From the NCBI RefSeq assembly GCF_018977255.1, contig NW_024704742.1, forward strand, positions 120,778,001-120,842,000: 64,000 nt of DNA, read 5' to 3'. The notes beneath the pieces were generated by a model. That model was not told where the DNA came from and did no database searches. It saw only the letters and a list, made by a program, of their open reading frames with translations. The first letter of the stretch is position 1, and each line of letters opens with the position of its first letter. This DNA is from Callorhinchus milii. Its lineage: Eukaryota. Position numbers and translations under genes: made by a program. Of this stretch, positions 33,321-46,629 are shown one piece after another.

Positions 33321-33816
33321 CAGTACAAAGTAGCCTCAGTCATGCCTCAGACTAAGTCTCAAATTCTTTCTGGGAATAAGCCCCATTCACTGTCTAGGGT
33401 TAGGCAGCATATCCCACCTGAGACATTGTGAGCCATGCAATACTCTGTATGAGAACGTAAACTGAGGTTGCATCTGTCTGTACTGGGGATCAGGTGGAAG
33501 TTACAGATCCTATGGCATGCCTCCCAGTAATCATCCCAGCATCCATCCCTCACAATGAATTGGTCAACCATCTTATTGTCGGGTGCTGCTACAGATTGGC
33601 TGCTGTATTAACCTTGCAAGTCATTTTACTTATAATAATATTTGCATATGGTATAGTGTCATCACATTGATGAGATGTCTCAAAGTGCTTCATAGGATTT
33701 TACTGTGAGGGCAGTGTCTGTATTTGTAGGCAAACTTGGAAGCCAATGTCCTCCAAATAGCCATGAAGTGAATGACCAATTTTATCTTTTTTTCAAAGTA
33801 ACTCAGTCACAATAAA

Positions 33817-34165
33817 AACAGCAACATTTATATAGCTCCCATCACAGAGGGCAGCAGCCCAGAGCACTTGACAGTGGCATAACATGACGCCGAGCCGGGG
33901 GAGGGGGGAGGTGACCATAGGCTCAGTCGAAGAGGAAGGTCTTCAGGGGAAGGACGGCGCAAGGCGGAGGGATAGAGGAAGAGTTCAGGGCATAGTGGCT
34001 GAAAGCATGGCCACTGATGGTGGAACGGAGGGCGTGAGGGACAAGCAGGAGGCCAGAGCCATTCGAGCAGAGGTAATAAGCAGGTAGGAGAGATAGAGAG
34101 GTGCGAGGGGATGAAGGGAGTTAAAGACAAGTGCGAGGAGCGCATTTGAGTAGTAGAGGAGGGAG
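33817..34165 (-). mobile_element. L2 3' fragment
   Basis: Similar to the 19433 and 36642 elements (LVFNSLHPLAPLYLS). Confidence 0.8.
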
Positions 34166-35262
34166 GTGAACAATGCATGGACGGGAGTTTCGACAATAAG
34201 GCACTGTAGCTAATGCAAGTATTATTTGATGCATTAAATAACACCGAATGATAATTCCAAAACAAAACCATATAACTGTTGGGGATGCCCAATTAACAGT
34301 TGTGGTTGAATACACTCCTATAGGAACATTATTACATACATTGAAAGAGCTTGGTATATACTTGGCATATACTATACTTAGTATTAACTTAATTCCGCAC
34401 ACACTGATATAGCAGCTGCTTTTTTGCCTTTTGAACATTTGGTGCATATAATTTCCTCTAATTATGTGAGTCAGTTTGCTTCAATATTGCTGTCTTGGAC
34501 ACCATCTGTCAGTTTTACATTCCCAAATGCAATTTGGGATTACTGACTCTATCTTCATTCACTTTTAGCTGGTGTTTTTTCCTTTTATAAGTGGTCTTGA
34601 TGTGTCTCATCAAAAGGGAGAGAGAAAGTGACAGACAAATGGTGCCACAGACTTCTTGAGTTCACCACTACGAATGACACTGTATGGATCACCTGGCAGA
34701 TGTGTAGTGCCAGGTGAGTTGGATGAATAGTTGCTGTACAGTCAAAGACACCCTTGTGAATGGTTATTCCACCCAAAGCAGCAGAGTTTAAGTGTTGGCC
34801 TCGTCTTAACTGATCTACATAAGTAATTTAGCCATTTCATCATTACTTTTCTTTTAGTTTAAACTAAATTTAGCAACAGTGATTTAATTCACCTAAAACA
34901 GTTATTATTGTTGTAAATTATTATTGCACCACAATACACAATTCTACTGTAAATTACACCATTCTTGATCTTTTTAGTCTCTACTGGTGTGAAATAAGAA
35001 AGTATCCAAAAATCTATTCCAAAGAATCGCAGTGGGTTTTGTGTAAGCAGCCAATCCAATTTCAGTTTGATCTGATATTTTAATTGGTTCCTAAAGCCAA
35101 AGAAAAGGATTGTTTCACCGACTCAGAATCAGTGAAAATCAGTTCCCTGCATTGACTTCTTTATTTTGCTTCTGGTGATAGCTCTCCAAAATGATTGTGA
35201 GTTAAGTAGGTAGTGGATGACGGGATGTAACTAGCAGTAGTAATTAATGAAATGTTAGCGTT

Positions 35263-35623
35263 GTAGTCCTATACCTTAGTGGTTAGAGCACTCGCCTCGC
35301 AAACGAGAGGACCTGGGTTCGATTCCTGGACAGGGCGAAATGTTGGGCAAGTTTCCTTACTCCACAGGTCACTGTTTACCTAGGAGTAAGTAGGAACTCA
35401 GTTGTTAGTCAATTGGCAAATCGCTTTTCCAGGGTTTAATAATCCTTAAAAAAATAATTTGGTCACTGAATCCACGACTGTTTGTGAAACACTGCTGTCC
35501 ACAATTTGCTTCCGCGTTTCGCCCACAAAATATAGTCAATTCACTTTACAGTATATTCTGTGAAACACTTTGAGATGTCTCGAAGATGTGATAAGGTGCT
35601 ATATCAAATGCAAGGATTATTAT
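35263..35623 (+). mobile_element. tRNA-derived SINE, long subfamily, full length
   Basis: Head, CORE-like segment, Deu-like 3' part and tail. Confidence 0.88.
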
Positions 35624-36342
35624 GATTGTTATTTTAATCCATATAACTTTACCATTCACTTTTTAAGAATGGCGAAAACCGGCTTCCAAATTAAGAATTT
35701 AAGAAGATTCGAAATTATGCACAATTTTAAATTTTAAGGTCAAGGTTTTATCAACTTGCACTTGAATAGAAACTTTCACATAGGATGAATGTGCTGAGTG
35801 CTTCTCAGAAATGACAGGAATCACAGAGCAGGGAGAAGAGGTACCAGAATTTAAGGGTGTTGATCAAACATGTGGTCAAACAGCTCGGTCTTTAAGAGGA
35901 TCTTGAAGGTAGTGAGAGAGAAGGCAAAACATTCTAGAGATGAGAGTGTAATGGCTGAAGGTTCAGCCACTAGATGTAGGATGGAGAATAGTAATAGAAT
36001 AGTAGAGGGCACAGGCAGGAGAATAGGGCTAGAGGAGATTGCACAGATAGGAAGACTGTGAATGTCAGGATGAAGATTTTGAAGTTATTCCACTGGGACA
36101 CTGGCAAGATAATAGATAAGAAATAGTTAAAGTTGTTCAAAATATAAGAAGGAGAGAATATGAGCTGGGAGTTTTGGATGAGTTGGAGCTTGTGACAAGT
36201 AAAGCTAGGGAGGCTGATAAGGAGAAATCTAAGCTTGCGATGATAAAAGGCAGGGATAAGAGTTATCAGTTGTGAAGAGAGCAGAGTTCATATAGCATTG
36301 CATGAAAGAAAGCAATTTGGTCAAGGCCCAGAAATAGGGATT

Positions 36343-36638
36343 AATAAATAATAATAATCCTTGCATTTGGTCTAGTGGCTTTCACATCAGGAGGACATCC
36401 CAAAGCTCTTCACAAGATATGCTATAAAGCATAGTGACCGTGTATTTTGTGGGTGAACGCAGCTGCCCATTTGCACACAGCAATATCCCAGAGACAGCCA
36501 TGAAGTGAAGACCCTATTATAGCTTGTGAGACTGTTGGCCAGGACACTGGGAGAGAGAAACTCCCTTCTCTTTTTGAATAGTGCCATGGGATCTTTAATT
36601 TCCACCTGAACAGCCAGACAGGCCTCGGTTTAACATCT
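36343..36638 (-). mobile_element. DeuSINE 3' half (5' half at about 37817-37872, beyond the L2)
   Basis: gaatagtgccatgggatctttaatttccacctgaacagccagacaggcctcggtttaac. Confidence 0.8.
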
Positions 36639-36641
36639 AAT

Positions 36642-37815
36642 AACAACAACAACTTGGATTTATATAGTGCCCTCCACACCGGACAGCGTCTCAGAGCGCT
36701 TCACAGTAACGGATCCCGGGACCGAGCCAGGGGGAGGGGGAGGAAGGTGACCAAAGGCGCGGTTGAAAAGAAAGGTCTTCAGATGAGACCTGAAAATAGG
36801 AAGAGAAGGAGCGAGGCGAAGGGAGTGAGGAAGGGAGTTCCAGAGCCTCGGGGGTAGTGGCTGAAGGCACAGCTGCCGATGGTGGAGCGGAAGATTCGGG
36901 GGACAAAGGAGGAGGCCGGACCCGGTGGAGCGAAGGCAACAGGCACTGTTGTGAGGAGAGAGGAGGTCAGAGAGGTAGGGGCGTGCAGAGGAGTGGAGGG
37001 ATTTGAAGACAAGGGTGAGGATCATGAAGTCAATCCTCTCTGGACAGGCAGCCAGTGCAGTCTGGCAAGGACTGGGGTAATCGGGGAGTGGAGTTTGGTG
37101 CGGTAAAAATGCAGGCGGCAGAGTTTTGTATGACCTGGATTTTATGGATTAGTGGAAGGAAGACCGGCGAGGAGGGCATTTGAATAGCCCAGCCAGGAGG
37201 TGACAAAGGCATGAAGCATGGTTCCAGCAGCTTTTGGAGTGAGGTATTGGCGGAGACGGGCGATGCGTCGGAGGTGAAAGAAAGCAGTGCTGGTGAGGGA
37301 CTGGATGTGGGGGAGGAAGGATAATTAGTGGTCGAACCTGACGCTTAGGTTGCGTACGAGTTCGGAGAGTTTTAGGGGCAGGTCGGGTAGGTGGAGGAGG
37401 TGAGAACCATGTGATTTTAGACGTTGACGAGAGCCAAAGAGTATGGCTTCGATCTTGTCAACGTTCAGCTGAAGGAAATTTACGTTCATCCAGCTCCTGA
37501 GGTCTGACAGGTAGGCTGACAGAACATCAAGGGACAGGGGGTCGCAAAGTGAGGTGGAAAAATAGAGTTGGGTGTCGTCCGCATACATGTGGAAGTGAAC
37601 CCCATGTCTGCGGATGACATCTCCAAGAGGGAGCATATAAATCAGAAAGAGGAGGGGGGCAAGGATGGATCCTTGGGTTACCCCGCAGGTAACCAGGTGA
37701 GAGCGGGGGAAAAGTCGTTTGTGCAGATGTACTGCTGGCGGTTCGTGAGATAGGACTCAAACCAAGCGAGTGCGGTCCCACTGAGGTGGATGACGGAGGA
37801 AAGGCGGTAGAGGAT
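36642..37815 (-). mobile_element. L2 LINE fragment (second tail type) inserted into a DeuSINE
   Basis: ORF 37325..37636 has [25 protein letters not shown]; tail AGCGCTCTGAGACGC..GGAGGGCACTATATAAATCCAAG(TTG)n; the DeuSINE resumes at about 37817. Confidence 0.92.
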
Positions 37816-38347
37816 TCAAAGGATGGCATCTCTAATGATACAACACATCCCAGCACTGTACTGCAGTGTCATCTTTATTTTGTCAAACAGCTAAATATTC
37901 CAAATGATAACTTTAGGGCTTTACTGATGTCTATTTCCTGTCCCTTCACTGCTGTAATAAAATGTTCACTTACAAGTACACAGTCACTGCACTTTACAGT
38001 AAATCTTGAGAATTGCTTTGAGGTATTTCAACAATGTGATAAATTGATAAGGTGCTAAATCAAATGTTAGGATTATTACCATTACAATGGGAACTGAACT
38101 AATTGAGCTTAATGTTTTCTTCCAATTTATTTTGACAATTATTCTTGGTGCTAGATTTCATCGTGGCTTTGTTCAGTATGATTAGAATTAACATTAATTT
38201 CCATGGTACTAATGTTCATTTTGATATTGTTGATGAATAACCAGTAGAATTCTGGGAGCTGTAGGTTAGGAGCGCAAAGGGCAGTGTAGGTTATTTTTGT
38301 GCTTTGGTGCAATGTACGGCCATTTCCCTTGTACAACTTTGATCAGT

Positions 38348-38663
38348 GGAGTCCTGTAGCTCATTAAATAGAGCACTCGCCTCACAAACAAGTGACCTGG
38401 GTTTAATTCCCAGCAGGGTGAAACCTTGGGCAAGTTTCCTTACTCCACATGCCTGATAATAATCCCTCAAGAAAAAAAATATTAAATTGGTCATTTCAAT
38501 TCACGACTGTTTATGGGACACTGCTGTGCGCAATTGGCTGCCGCATTTTGCCCACAAATATACAGACAATTCCCTTTATAGTCTATTCTGTGAAGCGCTT
38601 TGAGACGTCTAGAAGACGTGAAAAGTGCTATATCAAATGCAAGGATTATTGTGATTATTATTA
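38348..38663 (+). mobile_element. tRNA-derived SINE, intermediate subfamily
   Basis: Full length; junction gcctgataataatccctcaag. Confidence 0.9.
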
Positions 38664-39189
38664 CTGAAGGCAGTGTAAAAACCATGGTTAGCCACAAAGA
38701 CAACGTCAGAGTGAGATTCAATGGTTCTGGTAGACTTCAGATTTCCTCCCAACATAAAATATGTCACCCTCCTTCCTCCCCTCCCTGATTCCAACCCCCA
38801 GCTCGAGTCCAAAACACTGATTGTCCAGAGCCTTGGGACATCCTCCTAATGTGGAAGGTGCTATAGAAATGTAATTTTGCTGTTGTTGTTGTCTTTGTGA
38901 GGCGGCAAAACAAGTTTTCAAAACACACTTAATAATAATAATTCCTGCATTTGATATAGTGCCTTATCACGTGGTTAAAACGTGGGAAAGTGCTTCACAG
39001 AATGTACTGTAAAGTGAATTGATTGTGTATTTTGTGGGAGAAATTGTCAAATGAGCCCAATTGGAGATTGACTATAAAACTGTTAACAAACCATCAGCCC
39101 ATCTTTCTGCCATGTTGCAATAGTCTATCTCCCTCACAAAGGAACCTTTACTTCTGTGCTTCCAGATAAGGGATCTATTACAAAGAATT

Positions 39190-39545
39190 ACATAGAAAGT
39201 TGTAGCATGGAAACGGACCATCCAGCCCAACTCATCCCTGACAAACACTCCACATGAGCTTCCACCCCTCCTCCTCCTCTCTCAGACAGCCTCTATTCTC
39301 TTCTCCCTCATGTTTTCCTCTTAAATATGTTGAATGCTTTCTGCTTCACAAACAGTTTCAAGCTGTAAGTTACACATTCTCACTACCCTCTGTGTAAAGA
39401 CATTCTTCCTGCCCTCTGTGTATCTTCTTTGCTATAATATCTTTCTGTTGTATGGAGACCAGAACTACACACAGTACTCCAAACATGATCTGTCCAAGGT
39501 TTTATATGAATTTAATATTATTTTTCTGCTGTTGTACTCTCTATT
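39190..39545 (-). mobile_element. Old CR1 3' fragment
   Basis: cacattctcactaccctctgtgtaaag and gaccagaactacacacagtactccaa. Confidence 0.65.
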
Positions 39546-40144
39546 TTGTCTGGTAACAGAAAAAGGATTCCCATAACCACTGCCTTACAAAATCAGCCAA
39601 CTAAGGTCTCCCTCAGCCAGACACAATGGTATAAAATAATAATCCTTGCATTTGATATAGTGCCTTATCCCTTCATTGAGACGTCGCAAAGCTCTTCACA
39701 GAATATACTGTAAAGTGAATTGACTGTATATTTTGTGGGCGAAACACAGCAGCCAATTGCATACAGCAGTGTCCCACAAACAATCGTGGATTGATTGACA
39801 AATTATTATTATCATTTATTTTTATTATTATTTTATGGTGAAGGAATGTCTGTATGGCTTCACTAACACTTTCACTGACAAGTGTGTAAAATGCTGTTTT
39901 GATGCACAGGGACTCTTTAAGGACCAGGCTGTTGCATTTATACAGCTCCAATTAATAACTAGCCAAGCGATAATTTGAAAGAGATTCAAGGGGTGTTAGT
40001 TGACTCATCGCTCAGCATGTTCAAATAGTGTGAAGCTGCAATAAATAAGGCAAACAGGATGCTGGGCTAAATTGTCAAATTAGTTGAGCTCAGATTTCCA
40101 GAACTCGAGCTGTACCTCTCTCAGTGACTGGAACGATTGGAACA

Positions 40145-40576
40145 TGATCTCGCACCATGATCCATGACCCTATCACCCTTGTCCAGCTCTACTGGCTCCC
40201 CATCCCCCAGAGGATAGAGTTCAAAATCCTGAACCTTGCATTCAAAGCCCTCCTCGGCCTTGCTCCTTCCTACCTCAGTGACCTGCCAACTCCATATAGA
40301 CCTGCTTGCACCGTGTCCCTCGCTCGCCCTGCTCCACCATCGGCGGTTGGGCCTTCAGCCTTTCTGCCCCACCTTTTGAAACTCCATCCCATAATGCCTT
40401 TGCCTCACTGAATCTCTTACCTCCTTCAAGGCCCATCTCAAGACCTTCCTTTTCGACGACATCTTTGGTCACACTTCTACCCCTACCCCCAGCTCAGTTC
40501 CAAATTCCTGACTGTCCAGCGCCTTGTGATGCCGACATGAAAAGCGCTATATAAATGTAATTTGTTGTTGTTGTTG
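40145..40576 (+). mobile_element. L2 3' fragment with 8-bp TSD, inside a CR1 remnant
   Basis: [13 protein letters not shown] peptide and (TTG)n tail; TTGGAACA at both 40137-40144 and 40577-40584. Confidence 0.88.
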
Positions 40577-41058
40577 TTGGAACAGGTTATCAGGAAGAGT
40601 GGTTGAGGCCAGAACGTCAGACTCATTTAAAAAAAAGCAGCTTGGTGCTATAATGGGAAGGTGATAGGGTGGGTGTTCTGGAAGGATGAGATAAAATGGT
40701 ACAATAGACATTCTTTATCTGAACTAATGCTGTGATCTTGCTAAGCTTCTGTTCACTGGCATTAAGATTCAATTTTCCCAGTGGAAAAAAAGAACCTCAT
40801 GCAATTTCCAGCATATTTGTTCACAACACCGGTAAACATACCGCTCAAATTAAATTCCTTACTTTTATAATATAAACACAAATGTTGGACAACCAGTGTT
40901 TTCTCTTTCTTTAAACAGTTGAGCTTTGTTTAGTAATGGATGAATTTTGTGCCTGAAGTGAATTCCCTTTTTACACTCCTCAAAGGAAGAGGGCTACATT
41001 ATTTCACACCTGAATTTAATCATTGAAATGAATGATCATTGAGATGAGCTGAAATAAA

Positions 41059-41455
41059 ATAATAATAAGAATCCTTGCATTTGATATAGCATCTTATCTC
41101 TTCTTTGAGACATCTCAAAGCCCTTCACATATTGCAAAGTGAATTTTGTGAGCAAGATGCGGCAGATAATTTTGCACAGCAGTGTCCCACAAACACTTGT
41201 GGATTGTGAGACCAAATTATTCTTTTGTTTTAATTTTGAAGATTGGTACCCCCAGAAGGTGATCTGCCAATCACATAACAACCAAATTCCATATAAATGC
41301 AAGTTATTGTTGTTGTTGTTGTTTCTGTTTACTGCTAGGTAAACAGAGGCGAGTGGAATAAGGAAACTTGCCTAAGGTTTCACCCTGCCCGGCAATCAAA
41401 CCCAGGTCCTCTTGCTTGCGAGGCGAGTGGTCTAACCATTAAGCTACAGGACTCC
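41059..41455 (-). mobile_element. tRNA-derived SINE, long subfamily, with a roughly 30-nt L2 tail insert
   Basis: Insert atataaatgcaagttattgttgttgttgttg at about 41291-41321. Confidence 0.85.
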
Positions 41456-41619
41456 ACTGATTGAACATGGTTTATATCTACAGGTGTGAACAGAATATTT
41501 GCTTTTCCAGTTCACGACTAATCACACAGAGGAGAGAAACTCAAAAGAGTTTTCTGTCATCCATTTCCCCAACCACCACATCTACAAAAATATATAATAA
41601 AGTTGCACGTCATGATGAT

Positions 41620-41861
41620 AATAATACTAATCCTTTCATTTGATATAGCACTTTTCACGTCTTCTAAGCATCTCAAAGCGCTTCACAGAATAGTTTGTAA
41701 AGTGAATTGACTGAAAATTTGTTGGCAAAACGCGGCAGACAATTGTGCACAGCAGTGTCCCACAAACAATTGTGGATTGAAAATGACAAATTTTTTTTTT
41801 TTTTTTTTGGAGGGATTATTATTAGGCGTGTGGAGTAAGGAAACTTGCCCAAGGTTTCGCT
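41620..41861 (-). mobile_element. SINE, short subfamily, 5' truncated
   Basis: ggattattattaggcgtgtggagtaaggaaacttgcccaagg. Confidence 0.85.
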
Positions 41862-42227
41862 CTTGTTAGTCCACAAGGAGTTATTAAGATATTCTATGTG
41901 AGAAACAGAGGTTTCTTCACATTTTCAGCCCATGATTTTTACTTAATCCAAGTTTGAGGTTTTCAATGTGCACAAAAGCCATACAAGATTCTGAACTAAA
42001 ATATGAAAATTAAAAGGCAAATGCATTCTTGTTCTGCAGCTATAAACTTATAGCTCAATATATAATATATTTAGTAATACTGCTAAATATATTATATGTA
42101 TGTATTGTATCATATAATTATTATGTATATGTATTATAAACGGCAGTAAAATAGCAGTGCCAAAAGTCTGAAGTGGAGATATTAATGCAGAAACTAAAAT
42201 ATAGGAGCAGGAAACAAGACATAATGT

Positions 42228-42579
42228 GGAGTCCTGTAGCTCAGTTGTTGGAGCACTTGCCTCGTAAGCAAGAGACCTGGGTTTGATTCCAGGCAGGGCA
42301 AAACATGAGCATGTTTTCTTACTCCACATGCCTCTGTTTACCTAGCAGTAAATACGAACCCTGTCGATTGGGGCATCGCTTTTGCAGGGGTAATAATTCA
42401 TTAAAAAGAGTCACTCAATCCACAACTGTTTTTGGGACACTGTTGTGCACAATTGGCTGCCATGTTTCGCCCACAAAATATACAGTTAATTCACTTTACA
42501 GTATATTCTGTGAAGTGCTTTGAGATGTCTAGAAGACATGTTAAGGCGCTATATCAAATGTAGGGATTATTATTATTAT
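42228..42579 (+). mobile_element. tRNA-derived SINE, long subfamily
   Basis: Full head to (ATT)n tail. Confidence 0.87.
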
Positions 42580-43505
42580 AATCATTATGATGACGCTGTC
42601 AAAAAGTTAGTTGAGCAATATGATGACAGTCTTGAGAACCATATTCCAGGTCTAATGGCTCAGGCCAAAATCTGCTGGAATGATTGAAGACTCTCAATTG
42701 GTTGTGAATCGTATTTAAAGCTCTAGATACCTTACTTACGTGAAAAGCATAGAGGAAAGAATGGTGTGATTCTTGTGTTGAGCTGGGTACATGATCCTGA
42801 TCCTTATATTTGCTTATAAGATTATTACAAGATGAGAAAATTGTGAGCTAAGTGTAACTATTTCAAACTTAGATTTCAAACTGATGGAACGCTCTGCCAA
42901 CACACATAATGAAACAGAATCGTAAAATGTTGGAGATTACATCAGGTTAATTGATTAAACCCACCAATGGATCTTACTGTGCTAATGCCAATTCCCTGCC
43001 CTTTCTCTGTAGTCTTTTACGTTCTTCCTCTTTAAATATTTATCTAATTTCCTTTTAAACAGTGTCATTGTTTCAGCTTCTATCACCACTGTTGTCAAGA
43101 ATGTAGTGTTCTAATAAGACTTTGTGTTCTTCTAACCTCCATCTAATTCTTCCATTGATAATCCTGAATTTAAATCCCTTTGTTACATATTATTGATTGA
43201 CCAATCCAATACATATAATCTTCCGCTCTATCATAAAACATTTCAGACTCTTGAAAAACACTATTATACCCTCTCTTAAAGTTTTCTGTAATAATATATA
43301 ACTTGTGTGAATTTATTCTATGCCCTGATTGACACATTAAAGTTCCTGACTGAACAGTGAGGAGAGAGGTATGAATTTGGGTTTAAGGCAGAACCAAGAA
43401 GAGAGATGATTTAAAACATTGTCTGATTGAGACTTGCCTATAAAACCAGGGTAAGCAACATAGGTTTGATGATTTTTGTCTTTTTCTCATTGTTAATATA
43501 CTGCA

Positions 43506-43895
43506 CAACGACAACTTGGATTTATATTGTGCCCTTCACATAAGATATTGTCTCTGAGAGCTTTACCATGACACGATTAGGGGGGAGACGGGGAGGGGGA
43601 AAGGGTAAGTGATCATAGTAGCGGTTGGTCTTAAGGCAGAATTTAAAGAGTCAGAGAACAAGGGTGAGACCGAAGGCTAGAGGAAGGGAGTTCCAGAGAT
43701 TAGGTGTGGCCATCAATTGTATCACAGAGAGGACAGGGGATGCTCGAGAAGTTCAAATTAGCCAAGAAGAGAGAGGAAGCAGAGGAGATCAGTGTGATTG
43801 GGAGGTGCTCTTGCGTAAATGGAAATGTGACAACCTTGAAATCAATCTGCTGGGAGCCAGGAAGCCCTGGAGCCCAGTGAGGACTGGGGTGATGA
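43506..43895 (-). mobile_element. Old L2 3' fragment
   Basis: caacttggatttatattgtgccc tail and agggagttccagag / gactggggtgat L2 motifs. Confidence 0.65.
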
Positions 43896-44089
43896 GCATG
43901 CTTACTAATGCAAACATATCCTTAGGAAAATGGAAACTGTACATGAGTGATACTAATGTAATGCAACTATGAACATGAACAAGACTTTAATTACTGTAAC
44001 TAATTACATAACAAGATTTGGTATATCAAATTAAAAATAACAAAAATCTTAAATACTGACATTCATCCGTCTCTCGAGCACATCTAATA

Positions 44090-44580
44090 AATAATTTTGG
44101 AGCTTTACTCAGCGCCTCTGCCACCACCTTCGCCCCTCTATATTGTCCCCCTGCCTCCACTCATCCCTCCTTCCACTCCTACAATACATCTCCAATCTCT
44201 GTCCTTTCCTTTTTCATCTCCCGCATGAAACCCACCTGCTCCCTTGATTTGTTTTGGGTCAGCTGGGTATCTGAATGTGGAAACCCATCACTGTGCTTAA
44301 GATTATCCAAACCAAACTGAAAATTCCATGCATCCTATCTACAGCCACCTGCTCCCTTGACCCCACCCTCTCACCATTTGTGGCTACCCAGATTCCCCTC
44401 CTCGAACACTGCTAGCTGACATAACCAACCTCCCTCTTTCCAATAGCAAGGTATCTTCCTTTCAACACCATTGCAGGCACCCCGATTCTCAAGAATCCCT
44501 CACTCGACCTCTCCATACTTTCTAGCTACCAATTCATCTCCAACTTGCCCTCCTCCCCTGGTTTAACCAGCTATGACTAC
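44090..44580 (+). mobile_element. Old L2 internal fragment
   Basis: Matches the KPTTCSLDP and [15 protein letters not shown] region of the L2 ORF; ccacctgctcccttga occurs twice. Confidence 0.6.
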
Positions 44581-46010
44581 AGTGCTTGCCATTGAAAGTG
44601 GTGTCTGGAAAGATTCCTCCTGCTCGTACAGCTAGGATCACCTTACCATGAGGGCTTCGACTTGCAGGATTAATAAGTGCTGAGTGGGAAGAATTGAAAG
44701 GCACTATATAAATGAATATTTGCATTGAACTTCATGTTGTATTGGTGAAAAGACAAACATTCCTCTTCATCTGTAGTGCGCTAGCAAAATGAAGGTCAAA
44801 GGAACAAATTCTAGACAGGAGGTTTCTATGCACACAGTATAAATTGTTGAGCATGATCAAAACTCTCAGCTTGCTGCATATACTCTGAATAGACTGTCTG
44901 GAAAAATAATTGCAGTCATATTAATGGTCAGCCACTTCAGCTTCACTCACTCTATGATTATTAACAATAATAATGATCTTTATATTTTACATAGTACCTT
45001 TCACATCTCGAATCACTTCATGCAAAGTGGAATGTCTGTGTTTTGAGGATGAAATCTGATCTTAGGAGAACTTTAAGTAATAGTCATAAATTTTTTTAAA
45101 AAAATGAGTACTAAATATTTCATTTGCTCACTATTGCAATATTCCCTACAGCAGGCCACCCACACTGCACCCAGCCACATCAACTCAGATTAATGCTGTT
45201 GCACATTACTGAATTAAATCTGGGTCACTGCCAAATAAAATCTATAGCACGTGGAAAAGTATTGATATAACTGGAGAAAGTTTATGACTAAAAGGATTCA
45301 GTTATTTTGTTTATTTGCCCCAGATGAAATTTCCCAAAGGCAAATGGATGATATATTCTGCGATTTTTTTCTCTGGAAATGTTTACGAAGATTCCCCCAG
45401 AATATCACCCTCCACAATAATTTAGAAAAAAATCTTCCTCGCTATTGGTGCCTGCAGGAGAAAGTTAACTGAATTATAGAAAGTTTAAAACAGAGAAGGA
45501 AGCCATTTAGCTGATTATGTCTGTGCTGGTGCTTACTCGCCCACGATAGTTATTTACCTTAATCCCATTTCCTTGCTTCAACTTCATGCCCTCTGGTAAT
45601 ACTTTTCTTCAAATATTTTACCTCCTATCTTGCTAGGTAGGACTCCCACTGCTTCTCTGTTAAGTTTTCCAATGAGATGTTTTCCAATGTGTGATAATAA
45701 TAATCCTTGCAGCTGATATAGCGCCTTATCATGTCTTCGAGACATCTCAAAGCAATTCACAGAATATACTGTAAATTGAATTGACTGTATATTTTGTGGG
45801 TGAAAAACATGGCAGCCAATTGTGCACAGCAGTGTCCCACAAACAATCATGAATTAAGTGACCCATTTATTATTTTTTTACAACAATCCAATTCCCTCCA
45901 GGCTAATTCAGTTGGTAGGACTCTCACTTCAGTGTTAGAAGATTGCTGGGTTCAAGCTCCATTTGGGACTTTAAGATTATAGATCAGGCTGACCCCAGTG
46001 CTAGGGGAGC

Positions 46011-46322
46011 AATAATAATAATAATCCTTGCATTTGATATAGCGCTTTTCACGTCTTCTAGATGTCCCAAAGCGCTTCACAGAATATACTGTAAAGTGAT
46101 TGTATATTTGTGGGCGAACACGGCAGCCAATTGCGCACAGCAGTGTCCCACAAACAGTCATGGATTGAAAATGACCAATTGATTGTTGTTTTGTTTTTTG
46201 GAGGGATTATTATTGGGCGTGTGGAGTAAGGAAACTTGCCCAAGGTTTCGCCCTGCCTGGAATTGAACTCAGGTCTCCCACTTGCAAAGCGAGTGCTCTA
46301 ACCACTGAGCTAACAGGACTCC
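46011..46322 (-). mobile_element. tRNA-derived SINE, short subfamily, inserted in a DeuSINE (about 45900-46605, +)
   Basis: Full head and tail; the host Deu domain resumes at about 46335 (tgagacattaaactgaggtc). Confidence 0.9.
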
Positions 46323-46629
46323 ACAATACATAATCAGATGGGTTATTTTTCAGTTGAGACATTAAACTGAGGTCTTGTCTATCTGTTCAGGTGCATATTA
46401 AAGTTCCTATGATATTATTCAAAAAAAGAGGGAGCTTTTCCTGATGTTCTGGGCAACAATCCTTCAGATAACATTAATCGTTCATATACTTTATGCTGTT
46501 TGTGGAACATTTCTGTTCCCAAATTAGCTGTTGTGTTCTCCTATGAATATAAAGTCATTATGCAGAATGTTATAAAGAACTTTGACATGCTCAAGGATTA
46601 TTATTATTTTAAGCACTGTGATGGACTCC

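Noticed and set aside
36668..36690. REST/RE1 site
   Set aside because: Only the GGACAGCG half matches, within an L2 tail loop.
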